Assembly: GCA_000708835.1 (NCBI GenBank)
Contig: DF237367.1
Span: 16,955-80,954 of the forward strand
DNA: 64,000 bases
From: Klebsormidium nitens
Taxonomy: Eukaryota; Plantae; Klebsormidiophyceae
Direction: 5' to 3'
Within the stretch, counting starts at the first letter, position 1; every line of letters begins with the position of its first letter. Of the stretch, positions 36,601 to 49,353 are shown one piece after another. Under the pieces are notes generated by a model. It searched no databases and was not told the origin of the DNA. It saw nothing but the letters and a program-made list of their open reading frames with translations. The translations under genes and the position numbers were made by a program.

Positions 36601-39600
36601 CCCTTGTCACTTCTTCCGAGCGATTTAGGGTTTATGGTCTTAGGGTTCCAGTGCTCACCTGGTCTGCCATATACAGCACACGCGCCACTTGCTCCATGCT
36701 CTCTAGCCGGAGCAGCAGGCTCCTCTTCACTTTTATCGGGTTGTCAACCACCTTTAACCCTCCCTTTAACCCCAGCCTGCGCGCGCGCGGCCCGCCCATC
36801 TGCTCTATGAGGTCGCGCACAAAGCCATGCCGAAAGCGCGCGTCGCCGAAAAGCGCGGGGTTAGGGCCCGTAACCCAGAGATTACGCAGGCGCGGATCGA
36901 AGCTGCGCTTTTCAGCCGCCCAGTCGGCCTCGAAACGCGCCCGCGCCCGTTCCTCCTTGCGGCTTATTTCTCGCGCGGGGGACAGGCTGCGCTTGTTTCG
37001 TTCGGACGACCGGTCCGGTCGGATTCCGGCCGCCCGTTCCGTCCGCTTTTCCCCCGACCCGCCCTGAAAACCTTTTTCCAGAGCCCGCTTCGGCGCCCGT
37101 TCTGGGCTCCTGTCAGACCTTCTTTCTCGCCCTCTTTCAGCCCGTCGTTCTTCTCTCGACGCCCCTCGTTCGCGACTCCTGTCCCGCCTTTCTCTCCCCC
37201 GTTCTAGTTCCGGCTCCCCAGTCAGCGCCCTCGCCCCTTCCCGGCTTGCCTCCGCTCTCGCTTTCTTCCTTTCGACCTGCTCCGCTCTATTCCTGTCTCT
37301 CCGATCCTGCCGCTCCCGTTCCTGCTGGCGAACCAGCAGCGCCTGGATCCGGGCCTCGTTTCCGTCCGCGGCTTCCTCTTTTGGCTGCCGCGAACCGTCA
37401 GCGCCTTCCCCCACAGGGCCTCCTTTTTCCTCCCCCTTCTCCGCCGGCGCGGGCTTCTCATCCGTATCCTTCGAACGCTCTCTTATCCCCTTTGAGACGC
37501 TCTTCTCCTTCGCCCCTTCCAATACCCGCTCTCCGCAAACATTCTCCTTGCTGACGTCACTCACCTTTGACGTCTCCTCGGCACTCCCCCCCTCCGTCTC
37601 CAAATCCATTGGGGCCGAAGCTTGTTCCACGGGATCCCCCCCGTTGGACTGGCGCGATTCCGGCCCCCCAGAAGCGACCCCCGAAACCCCCTGTGACCCT
37701 TCGACAGATTTCTCGAACCCCGGGGGACGGTCTGCTTCTTTCTCCAGGTGAGCTCCTTTTTCCCCATCTGGCGCCTCCTTAGGCTGCCACGTGGCGGCCC
37801 CTGGTCCGTCCATCCCCGGACCCAACCCAGAACTTGGATCATCTGCGCGTGGCCCCACTAACCCGCTCCCTCTAGCCGGCGCTTTCCTGTCGCTTAACTC
37901 CGGAAGGGTTTCGGTTAGCAGTAATCGCGGGGCGTCGGTTAACTCAGCCACAAATGCATTCCGGCCAGCAGCCGGTTGATTGGCGTCGTCGACTAAACCG
38001 GAAGCGCCAGGTGGGTTCGAAAGGACCGCCTCGTTCCCAGGCTCTGCGAGCTCGGCGCCCGCGCTTTCCGGCCGGTCAAGCTGCCCCTGAGGCGACACCT
38101 CCGCTTTTCTCCCATCTCTAGTTGCTTGCACTTCTTGAGCAGGGGATAGTATCTCAGTACCGGTTCCAGCCATTGTCCCCCCCTCGCCCACCTCGGCCTT
38201 CGGCTCCGATGAGCTATTCCCCGCCGTTCTCTTATCCCCCGCACTTATGCCGTCCCCCAGCATGACGACACCGAACAGCGCGCTCTCGGCAAGAGTCTCG
38301 TCGAAGTCGATGCCCCGCGCCCTGAGACCTTTTCCAAGAAGCGTCTTAAGAGTTGTATATGACATTATGTACAGAGAGGCGTTTCGAGTTTGGCCATCCT
38401 CGTCGGTGCAGGCGGGGATGTCGGCGATTGACGCTGTGCCGGGTGCCAGAGAGTTGCCCTGAAAGTGAAAACATTTGGGGTCAAATTTGGCACCTTCAAG
38501 GCGTGTCAGAAGGCTTTTGCAAAGGCTATGAAGCTGAGCAAGTTAAGATCAACAAGAACCTCCAAGAAGAGTCTTCGTGCCAGAGACAAGTACGTGAGTC
38601 ACAAACCGCCTGAAGGGGTTGCAAGAGGAATCACACAACTTCTGAACTGAAGGCTCTAGCAACGAAGGGCAGCTGTGTGTTGGAATTGCATTCCAACGCG
38701 GCCTCCCTTCGTTATTCTGAACGACACGCGTTCATTCAATCAAAAGCTGCTGCGTTTCTTGCTCGACCGACCATTAATGGAGGCACACTGCTTTGACGGG
38801 CCATCTAAGCAGGCACAGGGAAACAACGAGAAGCTGTTTGGCAAGTGCGCAAAAGACAAGCTTTGGCGCGCCACTAGAGTTTGCCAGTGACCGTGACGAG
38901 TCAATCACTGGCTTCGGCACTTAAAGAGCCAGCTCAAGCAGTGTCCACACGTGTCAGCGCAAACGCAGAGTTTGAGCGCCAGCACCTCTATGAGCTACCT
39001 TTTGCGCTCATCCACATGCTGAGAACGGGCAGGGTCACAAACCGCCCCAGGCAAAAATGGTTACAACCGGTTCCATGCTCCGAGGGCAGCCTGGCCCTTC
39101 CGCCCAAAACCCAAACCTTGATAGCCTTGACCCAAGACGGGTTAGTAACAAGGTTAAGTGGTTTTTGTCCCAGGGCGGATGTCCTCAGACCACGTTCTGG
39201 AGGCCTGGTTAAGCTGATTTTACAGCCATTTTAGCCTTAACCTATACTTCGTTACGTATTTAACCTGCTACGTTTATGAACCGAGGATCTTCAGGCGCCC
39301 GGTAGAGTAGTATCAAGCAATCTGAGCCGTCCAATCGTGGAGATTGGTATCGTACGGCGGGGAGCATATTTTTCGGCATTTGAGTGGCGGTTTGTGACCC
39401 TGAGCACGGGTAACTTTCTCAAGCAGCAGACTATTTTCCTGCAACTTGGACAAAACGGGCAGAGCAGACCACTCACTAAGCCGGCAAAGGGTGGCGTAGA
39501 TGCGCCGTCCGGACCAGCGCTCTGCTTGGCTGACGTCAGGAGCAGGATTGGATCCTCGATATCGTCCACCGCCTTGGCTTTCAGGTCCCTGCAAACAGAC

Positions 39601-42600
39601 GCAAGAGGAGAACGGGAAACTGTTCCATCTCGATCGTTGCTGTTGAGAAAAAGCTCAAAAAAGTAGATAAGAGGACAGTACTGGGACTGGTTGGTCACTC
39701 AGCAGGGTAGGGTGGGTGCGGCTAAGGAGCGCGTCATTTGTTACTTTCTGAATTTCCTCCTTTCGAAGATCAGATGTACTAAAAGTAATGATTCGCCAAA
39801 TTCGACGATCACGATTGGCCCGAAAGAATGCAGAGTCGCCGAGAATGCTTCGGGGTGTGCAGAATGCTGGTTTCAAATCAAGAACCGCAAGCCCGAAAAC
39901 CTGTTCGGCTATGTGTAAAGGGCCCGAGCTTAAGAGACAGATTTCGGCCGTCTCGTTGCACGCGCGACCATACAAGACAGTATTTGCTCAAAATTGAAAA
40001 AGAAACGTACTAGGACGCGGAGGCCGTTACGAGAAGCGGAGCAAACAAACAAGTGGCCACAGACCTGGTCGTTGTGCTCTGCAAACGACACAAACCCTGG
40101 GCCTATCGATTCACGAAGCAGAACCTTGAGGCAAGCGTATCAGATAATTCTCTTTCTTTTCACGAATGGAGATCAGCTGTGGTCTGACATGCATGTCTCT
40201 CTGTCTAAGACAGTTTGCGAAAGATAACGAACAGTTCCGAGAAGCAACAGAGGCCCGCCCGGAGATCCGAGCACTCCGGACTCCTGCGAGTTGCAATCTA
40301 CAGGCGAACCCTTTTCAAACGGAAAGAATATCGTCCGATTCACTCACCTATCGACCGGTACCGTCCCCGTCAAATCAATCCGCTCTGCCGGCAGCGTCCA
40401 TATCCGCTCCCCCCCTTTCCCTAGCGCCCGTGCCTCCACCCTAGCTTTCATCTCCCCCCCACTCCAGATCCCCCCCCCCCAGACCAGCTTTTTGTCCCGC
40501 TTAGCAGACCCCCCCGCCGCCGACGAACTGCTCGGGACCGGGGGATTCTTCGGTTCACCCGCCAGCTGCTTCCGCTCGCCCCCCGTAACATTTGGCTTTC
40601 CCCCATCCCGGCTGACGTCAGCGACTCTGGAGGCGCCGGGGGCCTGCGCGTGGCGCCGTCCAAGTGGGATCAGTGCGGTGACGTCAGCGCGCCGCTGCTT
40701 GCTGACGTCACCCAATCTGGCGGCACCGGGTAATGTCTGCGCGCTGGGGTCAGCACGACGCCCTTGCTCGGGGGGTCTCTCTCTAGGATCCCTTGCGACC
40801 CCCCATCCGCTGCGTGCTGTTTCACCCCTAGGGCTGGGATCCTTGACGGGGTGGGTGGGAATACCCCCTGGGTGAAGCGGGCGAGGCCACGAGTTGGGGG
40901 ATCCCTGGGGGGGCGGTTTGCCTGCGGCGCCCGGGTGTTGCGGAGCAAGTCTTTCCGGGTGCGGTATCGCACGTTCTGGAGGGGGGGGATGCTGTGGCGG
41001 GGGGGGAACAAACGACGGCTCCATTCCGCGTGCTGACGACACTGGCGGTTGTCGGTAATCCGCACGCCGGGAGTCGTTTACCATCCAGTGGCCCTGCCAG
41101 TGATGTGCCGGGGGTCTGCTGGTGTCAAAGTGCCTGTCTAACCATTGGGCCTGTGGCCTTGACGCCGCAGGAGGGGGGCCGTCAGGCAGTGGGGGAGCAA
41201 AGGGAGAGACCCGTGGAGGGTTGTGGCTTGAAGGGTGGGGGTTGACGGGGGGTGCGGGGTGGGGAACCGGGACTGCTCTATGGTAGGCGGTGTTACCCTG
41301 CAGAGGGTTCGACACAGTCTTTAGAAGCGTTAGTGCTGCATAAACGGATTTCAGATTGCTTCGGTCATTGCATTGTAAAGCTGACTTGAGCATCCTGCGC
41401 AATCAAGAACTCCCAAGCACCTTCAAAAAGGTAGAAGGGTTCACAAAGGATTCTTAGACTCACTGCTACGGGGTTATGAGATCCTCCAGCGACCTCATGT
41501 CTTCACAGAGCAAACGAGTCACGCAAGATTGTAATGACTTGCCCGGTTATTGTATCACAATCATCCAAGCGCTTCGCTGGGCAATGAAGATCTTCTTTGG
41601 CTTCTCTGCTTCAGGTTGTAACAAAAAGGAAAGGAAAATCTGAAACGAGATTCAGCATCAGAGGGAAGAGACGACAAATCGATCGACGCCGAGATGAGTG
41701 AGTGGTATCTCCAAGCTTGGACGTCGTAAACAGGAGGCTCTCAAAGAATCCATAACCTACGGACGGAAAATATTTCCAGGTTTCAAAAAGCATCATTGCT
41801 TTAGAGGAAGACATGGAGACTTCGTGATGCAACATCGACTTGGTGCAAGCTTTCAAATACTAACAAGAGTCGCCTCACTGAACTGAAGATCCAGAGATGA
41901 GGAATACGCTTCACGTTTTGCGGACATCTGCTCACCTTGGCTCCTCCAGTTGAAGAGCCGGGGGCTTCTCGCGGGGCAGCCGGAGGTGGGACCGGGGGGG
42001 TTGCTTTCGCCCGCGAATCGCCCCTCTGGAGAGGTTTGTTCGAAGCACTACCCGTCGGAGAGGCCGGCATCTCTGGGCTAACCCGCGCGGCGGTCCCCTT
42101 AATGATCGGTTTAACGTCCACAGGCTCGTCGAGATTCTCCGCCTTTGGGACTTTCAATGGCGCCGGCTGTTTGAGCAGACTTTGAACCGAGTGCTTCGCA
42201 GGCGGAGCATTGGGGTCGTTCTGAGACTTGTTGGCGACGGGAACAGTGGGTGGTGCGGTTAACGAACTGGCAAGGGTTTTCAGGAGCTCCCCTGTGGTGG
42301 AAATGCGCCCCAGCCTCTCAACCCCCTCTACACCTCTCCGTTCGGTTTCCGTTCTCCCCCCCTGCGCTGCAGCACCTGCGCCGCCCCCGCTTTCCGCCCC
42401 TCGTTCTTTTCCGCCTTTTAATGGCGTGTTTGTTGACCGACCTGCTTGGCCAGCCATTCCCTCACGCTGAGGACTTCTGACACGTGGCTGGCTTTTACTC
42501 AACGACACTGCGTCCTTTAGCGGCGACGCTGACTTCCCATTTCGCCCCGGTTTCTCTCCCCCGTCTTTACAGCCCTTTCCTCCGAGTTTACACCCTGCCC

Positions 42601-44383
42601 ATCGGACCCCTTTTTGCCAGCTGGCGAACCCTCTTTCCTTCCAAGAACTTCCGCTTCGCGTCCTACCTGTGCCGCCTTCTCGCTTGCCAGACCCCCCTTG
42701 GATGACGGACCTTTTTCCGGTTCGCCCAGCCCCACTGCTCCGCTCCTCGCTTCTACCTTTGCGCGCAGCACAAGCGCACGTCTGCCCCCGGCCAGCTTCG
42801 GTTTCTTGTCGACCGGCCCGCTAGGAACCCCCCCGGGAAAGCTCCTCTTGGCGGGCAGCGTCATAAATCCTAACGGCGCTTTGAACTGGTGAGGATCCTG
42901 TTGGGCTGGAACCGCCTCACCCCAGGAAACCGAAGCACCTCCGCCCCTCTCGTTCTCCAATTGGCCCTTCGTCAGTTGAGCTAGAAACTGTCCAAGGGGC
43001 ACTTGCGCCGACCCCGAGACCCCACCCTCTCCCACAGCCCCGACAGCCACCTTTTCATGCACTTCTCCCACGCCTTTGCCGTCAATTCCCGCTTTTCCAC
43101 TCCTCTCCGACGGCCCACCTTTCTCCATCACATTATCGACCCTTGCCTCTTCCCCTCCCAGCGCCTTCAGGGGCGCTTTTGCCTTGTGCTTGCCCACCTT
43201 TCCGATCTTGGCCAGGGGCACATCCTCGATTGACTCACCGCTCGTCGTCCGATCCAGCTTTCTCTTGCCGGCCTGCCTTGCTTGCCCCTTCCCAATCGAA
43301 CCCACCCCGTTCGCTTCGGGCTCCAAACCTTTTTCCACTCGCATACCTCCAATGCCAATGCCTGCGCCAGCTGTCACCACTCCACCGCCAGCTGTAATCG
43401 CGACCCCGCCAGCTGTCACTGCACCCCTGCCAGCTGTTGGCCCGTCCTGGCCAACGCTTTTCCCCAACGCAGCAGCTGCTGCCCGGCCGTGACCAGCTGT
43501 TCCTGTCCCTTTCCCGCCCCCCTCATTTTCCAGCTGGTTTGAAGCGCCTTCGTTCTTCTCGGGCGATGCTAACTTCCATATGGTGTCTCCATCCTCGCTT
43601 TCCCCAGCCATGACCCACCTGGGGGGCGCTTCCAACGGCACTGCGTTCCTTTTGGCAGCGGCTGACTTTGACGGACGGCCCCGCTTCTTCTTCTTCGGAC
43701 TGGGCTCCCTTTTCGCCCCACCCACACCTGACGCCTTCGCAGGCATCTCCACCTTCTTTGTGGCTTTCACCGATGGAGACGCCCCAGAGACCATGTCAAG
43801 TGGGTCCGCTTCCTTCCCGATACCCCCCATCGGCAAGGACGAGCCCACCAAAGCCTTCTTCTTAGGTCTTCCAACCTTTTTCTTGCCGCCAGCTGGCGCT
43901 GGCCTTTCCGGCGCTTTTGCTTCTGCTTCAGGCACTAATGCGGAAGGCCCCCCGGCAGGATCCCCCCTGGACCCCTCTCCATCGTTCTCTACTGCTTTGG
44001 GGGGGCCCTTCTTCTCCTGCGGTGGCCCACCCAACCCCCCCTGCCCTAGTTTCTGCACCGCTGTTGTCGTGTTCAGCTTCTTTAGGGGGGCTGCCGGCTT
44101 CAGGTTTCGGGTGGGGCCTCCCAGCCACCCCCTTGAAACCACTTTCTTCCCGCTCCCTCGTCCCCCCCCGCACGTGACCATTTTCTGCTTTGGGCCCCCC
44201 TTTGCCGGGGCCCCGCGCCCCATAGTCCCCCCATTTGCCGTTGGGATTTTGGGTTTTGAAGCCCCCCCAATTCCAGGTGAGTTTCGTAGATTGACGAGTT
44301 CCAGTTTCTGGCCATCTTTGTCGTGCGCCTCAATGAGCTCGATCTCATCGTCGCTCTCTTCTTCCGCCATCTTCAGAACCGGG
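30604..44383 (-). CDS. Very large (~3,200 aa) mostly disordered nuclear protein with AT-hook, SPOC-like, RE/RS-rich, RRM-like and tandem EAR (DLNxxP) elements
   Basis: Proposed exons 44383-41936, 41297-40348, 39588-39477, 38458-36659, 35559-33045, a short exon ending at 32765, and 32356-30604. Phases are compatible where both ends are defined. One-base shifts in homopolymers near 42560 and 33493. SPOC-like: LVWGGGI..ARVEARALG..LPAERIDLTGTVPV..FAGLGNSLAPGTASIADIP..SLYIM. RRM-like: NLWVTG..FVRDLIEQMG..SLLLRLESMEQVARVL. AT-hook KKRGRPSK. EAR FDLNDLP and FDLNEPP. Upstream exons uncertain. Confidence 0.65.
39030..39402. mobile_element. Non-autonomous hAT-type MITE (373 bp)
   Basis: Perfect 17-bp TIR CAGGGTCACAAACCGCC (39030-39046; inverse at 39386-39402). 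Flanked by an 8-bp TSD with one mismatch: AGAACGGG (39022-39029) and AGCACGGG (39403-39410). No ORF; lies in an intron. An 8-bp TSD with a CAGGG terminus is typical of hAT. Confidence 0.85.
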
Positions 44384-46327
44384 CTGCAGGGGGGGGAAAC
44401 AACAGTTGTTCGTAAAGAACCTTTTCATGTAACAGAATCGAGGAACAGGGGGAAAAGTGGGAGTTGATTGTACAGGCAGCTAAACTCCCTCAGGTACTTG
44501 TTTGTACAACACACTGAGCACAACGCACCAAGAAACGCTGGAAAGGTCACTGCATATTTTGCAACATATCCAATCTCTTCGCTGTCCCACTTTCTATACC
44601 TTGAATAGGACAGAGTTCAGCTCCAATTTGACCAGCCCTTTGATGGCGGCATCTCATGCAGTCGCACTTCGAGACGTACAGGGGCGCACAGGCTGCCCAG
44701 ACTGATGGCCTTTATCCTTCCAACAGAAGCATGCTGGTGATTGGGCAAGGACTTTTAAGCGGTGAGTTCTCCAGCTCAAAAGGAAGAGCATGCAATGCAG
44801 CTGCTCAATCGAAGCTCACACAAGACATGAAAGCAGAGTGTGCATTTCTGTGTGTTTACCTGGCGCCTTATCTGTCAAGCTTCAGATGTTCCAACCCTGT
44901 CCGGCTGTCAATGTCCTGTCCACTCAGATATTGGGCAAACGCTTGGCCGCCTCAGGGGCAGGATGCAGACGCCACGAAGCGCCCAGGCCCAGGGCCAAGG
45001 CCATGGTCGATCCATCACCTCGAGGCTAGCCACGGTCTACCGACTCTAAGACTACAGCCTGAGCTAGACAAAGCCCGCGTGAAACCTGACGTTTGATCCG
45101 AGCAGACAGGAGACTCATGGGACTCATGCCACATGTGAGAAATAATGACTCGAGTTGGTACCCGGTGCTCGGAAGACAGCCCACTGAGGCCTTGTGGCCT
45201 GGAGAATCTCAAACACGTAGTCTACAAAGGACGCCGAACAAGGCAGCGTGGTGACACGGAAGACGACAAGTTATTGCCCGGTAGATCGACAGCCTCGGCT
45301 TTTCACACCTCCTGAGATCCTGATTTCAGCAGGGATCAGCCTCTCGACTCTTGAGCAGACTGCATGCAGTCTTCAATATTCAGAGAGACTGCAAGTTGCA
45401 ACAGCAAGAGAGAGGCGCGCGTCTAAGAAGAGCTCACCATCGCTTTGGAGCGTCTCGATTGGTGTAAGAGTCCTCTGCTGGACGGAAGACCCAAGAGATA
45501 CAAGTCCTTCAAGTATCAGCATACCTGGTGGCGCTGAGCAGAAGCCAATGCTGAGCAGTTGCGCTGTTTGATACTTGCCTTGAGCGCCCAGTGTGCAGGT
45601 GAGCAACTTGCAGAACTCTTTTAAAGCCTGTGCCAAAGAAATCTTGTCTCAAGGTTTACCTGGAAATCTTGAGGTGACCCCTGTACGTGGATTTTGACTG
45701 CAAAAATTCCAATTTCACCCTCATGTAAGATTGTTCATGTCCCGTTCTGCAAGTGTCAACATTCACGCCCTCTGCATGCACGCTTACAAAAAAGCGCAGG
45801 CGAATCTGCAGCATTGCTCTTACAATGAGCTCTTTGTTGAGCCAGTGGTGTGACTTTTGCATCTGTGGGGCATCCAGCTAGTCTTAACAAAAAAGGCACT
45901 CCCCCTTGCTTATTTGCAACTCAACAATCTTTCGTCTGCAATCAATGCGGTGCTCCATGGCCAGCTCGTTGCCATTGATTACTGGGAATCGCATTGCCAA
46001 GAACTTGCAACTCATATTAGTCTGGTCGCGCTGGTCACATTCTTTCTTGGGCCTGTTCTGCACACAGTGGGGGCAACCGGTGAGATGACTCTCTGGTCAA
46101 AACACACCGGCTAGATTTCAGTATCTTCACAGCTCGCTTACAGTCAAAGGCATAATATGTGTCTGATATGGTGGTGTATCCAAGTAAACAATGAAAGCCG
46201 CCTGCGCTTTCTCCTGCCAGCTGATGAAAAAGACTTCTGGTTCTCACTTTGCAGAAAGACCAGCTTTTTGGATGCTACTCCCTACAAAAACTCCAAATCT
46301 CCACTTCCTTTTTTTCAGGACCGAAAA

Positions 46328-47050
46328 ATGGCGCCCCAGCCACTTTTCTCACAGCGCCCTCCCCCACAGCCTGGACAATCGTCACGGCAGCTGTCATGTT
46401 CCAGCCGCCAGCTGTCGCCCATCAAGCTCTCGCTCGCCGTTGCAGCAGTCCTTCTTTCTTTTGCGGACGCCGTTTCAGCCCGGTGCAATCCGTACCGCAA
46501 TTGCAACGCAGAGGGCTACTGCTGCTGCTCAAACTCAGTGTTCTACTCTGCGCGCCCCGTTGGTCAAACCTGCCAGAAGCATTTCCGAGCGTACATGCTC
46601 GCTGTCGTCATTGTCCCGATCGCCGTAGGCCTTGTGCTTTGCATGCTTATGAGCTATTGGCAGCGGAAGCGGCTTGCGAGGTTGCGCCCGAATACGTACC
46701 AGACGGGGCCCGACCTCAACCCAGTGCCAATGCCTTATATTGCCGGGCCGGGGGCTTATGCGGGGGGGCCGGCGAGATATCCTCCCGGACCGGGCGCCTA
46801 TGGAGATCCGGCCATGCCATACCAAGGTGCGCCTGGGGGGTATCACGATGGGTCACCAGCATATGGGGGGGGACAGGGCGCTTATGGGGGCGGGCCGGGT
46901 GCTTATCAGGGTGGACCAGGGGCTTATGGAGGGGGGCCGACGCCGGGTTATGATCACCAGGTCTATGGGACCCCAGTTATGGCCTATCCGCCGGCAGCGC
47001 ACCTTCCAGAGGATCGCTATAAGGAGGCGCCGGCTCCTTACAGGGCCTAG
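46328..47050 (+). CDS. Single-pass membrane protein with signal peptide, small Cys-rich ectodomain and Pro/Gly/Tyr-rich tail (Shisa/WBP1-like architecture)
   Basis: Intronless 240-aa ORF from AAAAATGG. Hydrophobic LSLAVAAVLLSFADAVSA; CNPYRNCNAEGYCCCSNS..GQTC; TM MLAVVIVPIAVGLVLCMLM; RKR stop-transfer; repeated PGAY/GAYGGG units. Confidence 0.8.
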   Translation: MAPQPLFSQRPPPQPGQSSRQLSCSSRQLSPIKLSLAVAAVLLSFADAVSARCNPYRNCNAEGYCCCSNSVFYSARPVGQTCQKHFRAYMLAVVIVPIAVGLVLCMLMSYWQRKRLARLRPNTYQTGPDLNPVPMPYIAGPGAYAGGPARYPPGPGAYGDPAMPYQGAPGGYHDGSPAYGGGQGAYGGGPGAYQGGPGAYGGGPTPGYDHQVYGTPVMAYPPAAHLPEDRYKEAPAPYRA

Positions 47051-49353
47051 GGGAACGCGTGAGGTGAGAAGCGGCTTACAATCCTTCAAGAATGTTGTTT
47101 GGTAGGCTCATTGCCCACATCTACAAGTCAGATTGTTTGGACCAGGTGCACTTACAAGATTGTCCGTTGTTTGTCAGTTCTTTGTCGTTACTTACCTTCT
47201 TACTTTCTCTGGTCACTCAAAGCAAGCTGTTGGGGAAAAGTTTGGTCTTATATCACGGTTGTCAGAGCCCGCTGGCAGAGATCTCAGGGGCATGAGCTTA
47301 GCAGGTTGTACACAGAAACTGACCCCGGATCAGATGCTCACGGTTGACTACATCTGGTTAATCTATCGGTACCGCTGATCACTTTGCAGTAGCGCTACCA
47401 TAGGAGGTTCGTCACAAACTCCTGTCTTTGTCAATACTGGAAGGCTGCAAGGCACTTGTTGGGGATGCTTCTGAGATTCGGAGCGCAAGTCACGATCAAG
47501 TCTAGGATTATGCAAGGCCGAATTCTTATTGACTGCTGTACTTGGTGGGAGCCTTCTGAGACGGTTAGGAGTGCCGTTGCTTTCAATTGCATATCAAAAT
47601 AATGCATTGTGTCCCTTCACTGTACTCGAGGTTGATGATTGTCTCTCTTTTGCAGGACGCAAGGAGTCTTCCGGAAGAAAACGTGTGGCATTTGTCTTGT
47701 GTCATCAGCCACCGATTTACGATTGCCGGGCAGAGTTGCGGCTCTACTACTTGTATTGCAGTAGTCATTGGTCGGGAAGTGGTTGTTGAATCTGATAATA
47801 GTCGACTGCTATGTATGCGGAGATAAAACCTTACCTAACTATCAGCAGCTTTGCTCAGGTCTCCTTGTAGTGTACATTTGTAGTCGGCCCTCTCAGATCT
47901 GAGTGTGCTTGCCGGGGTTGCATGTTTGCTACTATTGTATTCAGCAGCCGGACTTACATTTTTGGATCACCTCTACCTTTGCTACCAAGGGTATGTAATA
48001 GTCAATGATTGAGGTGCTTCGTAAGAAGCTAAAAGTGTTGGAAGCGCAGCACCGATGTTGGTTCGGTGATTGAGGGCTTGAAAAGTTGTTCTATGTGGCC
48101 AGTGGGTTTAGCCCAATGATATATTGGCCACATGCCCAGTTCGAATGGATGCCCAAATCAATGGAATATTGCATACCCTCTATGTAGCATGCAAGCCCAG
48201 CCTGGTTCACAGAAATTGGTAGCTCGCTTTACAAGTTCAAGATACACAATTACAGTAGCTGCCGACCGTTATGACGATATTAATTTCTTATTCTTCAAGC
48301 ATATTGGCATGTATGATCCATCCTGATTGCAGCCCATCTTCCCATGCAACTTTCCAGCAAGTGGTGTATCGTAGTATATCAAAGGGTGATGGTCTCTTTT
48401 CGTACTCGCCGTAGCCAAATAGGCCATAGGCTTCTCATGGCATACATGTATGAAGTGTGTGTTTTTCTTAGACCCAGAGCTCTGCATCTTGGTCTATGCT
48501 CGACTCTAACAAAAGGGTTCTATATATCCCAAACCGAATCTGTTATCTCCAGCTACCGTACACTTCCTACTTTATGCTGGCGGACCCCACCGGGACTTCG
48601 GTCGTACGGAAGGAGGGTCGCAGAGGCGGCGTGGGTATGTAGAACCTGGTAGGGTCAGCAACTTTGGCTACGGCAAATCATAAGCAATCTAGGCCGGATA
48701 CGTGACGCGCCGGGCCATTTAAAAACCCCTGCCCCGTACTTCACAGCTTAGGGGATCTTTTCATATACCTAAGGGGAAAAAGGAACCGGCGCGGTACGTT
48801 TTCCGAATCTAGATTGGATGCAGGTTGCTGCAGAAACAGTGCTTGGGCTTGGGCTTGAGGGTGATGCCAAATTAGTATTGCACAATGCAAAGCAGGTCAG
48901 AACGCCATCAGGTTTAGCCAAGGCTTGATCGTAAGTTCCCAGTCTCCTCAGGCTAAAGAACTGTCACCATCTTTCGCGGCAAATTTGAAGTAGACCCGCC
49001 AGCTCAGCGGCAAGAACTGTCCCTATTGGTCGCGGGTTACCACGTGTCAGCCACGACTCCGAATCAGCTTTCACTAAAGTTTTTAAACGGGGTCTGCAAA
49101 TTGCAGGCAGGGTGTGAGCTTTTTAGCATGTGGGCACTCGGTTGGTACTTCCATCAACCATTTCTTCAGGCTCATTCACCAAAGTCAAATTTTGGGATCA
49201 CAGCGCCAGCATATTTGGAGCAGGTATAGTCTGCTGTTGGAAGGGTTGTCTTTCCACTCTCTCTGGCCTGCTAGCAAAGGACTGAGTGACAAAACCTGCT
49301 TCAAAGTTCAACAAAGCCAATCACCTTTGCGCTGGTAGTGCACAGAACAGATT

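Noticed and set aside
36624-36647. Telomere-like TTTAGGG..TTAGGG
   Set aside because: Only two degenerate units inside an intron; not an interstitial telomeric array.
44560-45870. Extra upstream exons of the SPOC gene, including a Cys-rich frame VWAACAPLYVSKCDCMRCRH
   Set aside because: Could not build a phase-consistent chain; several candidate segments have stops in all frames.
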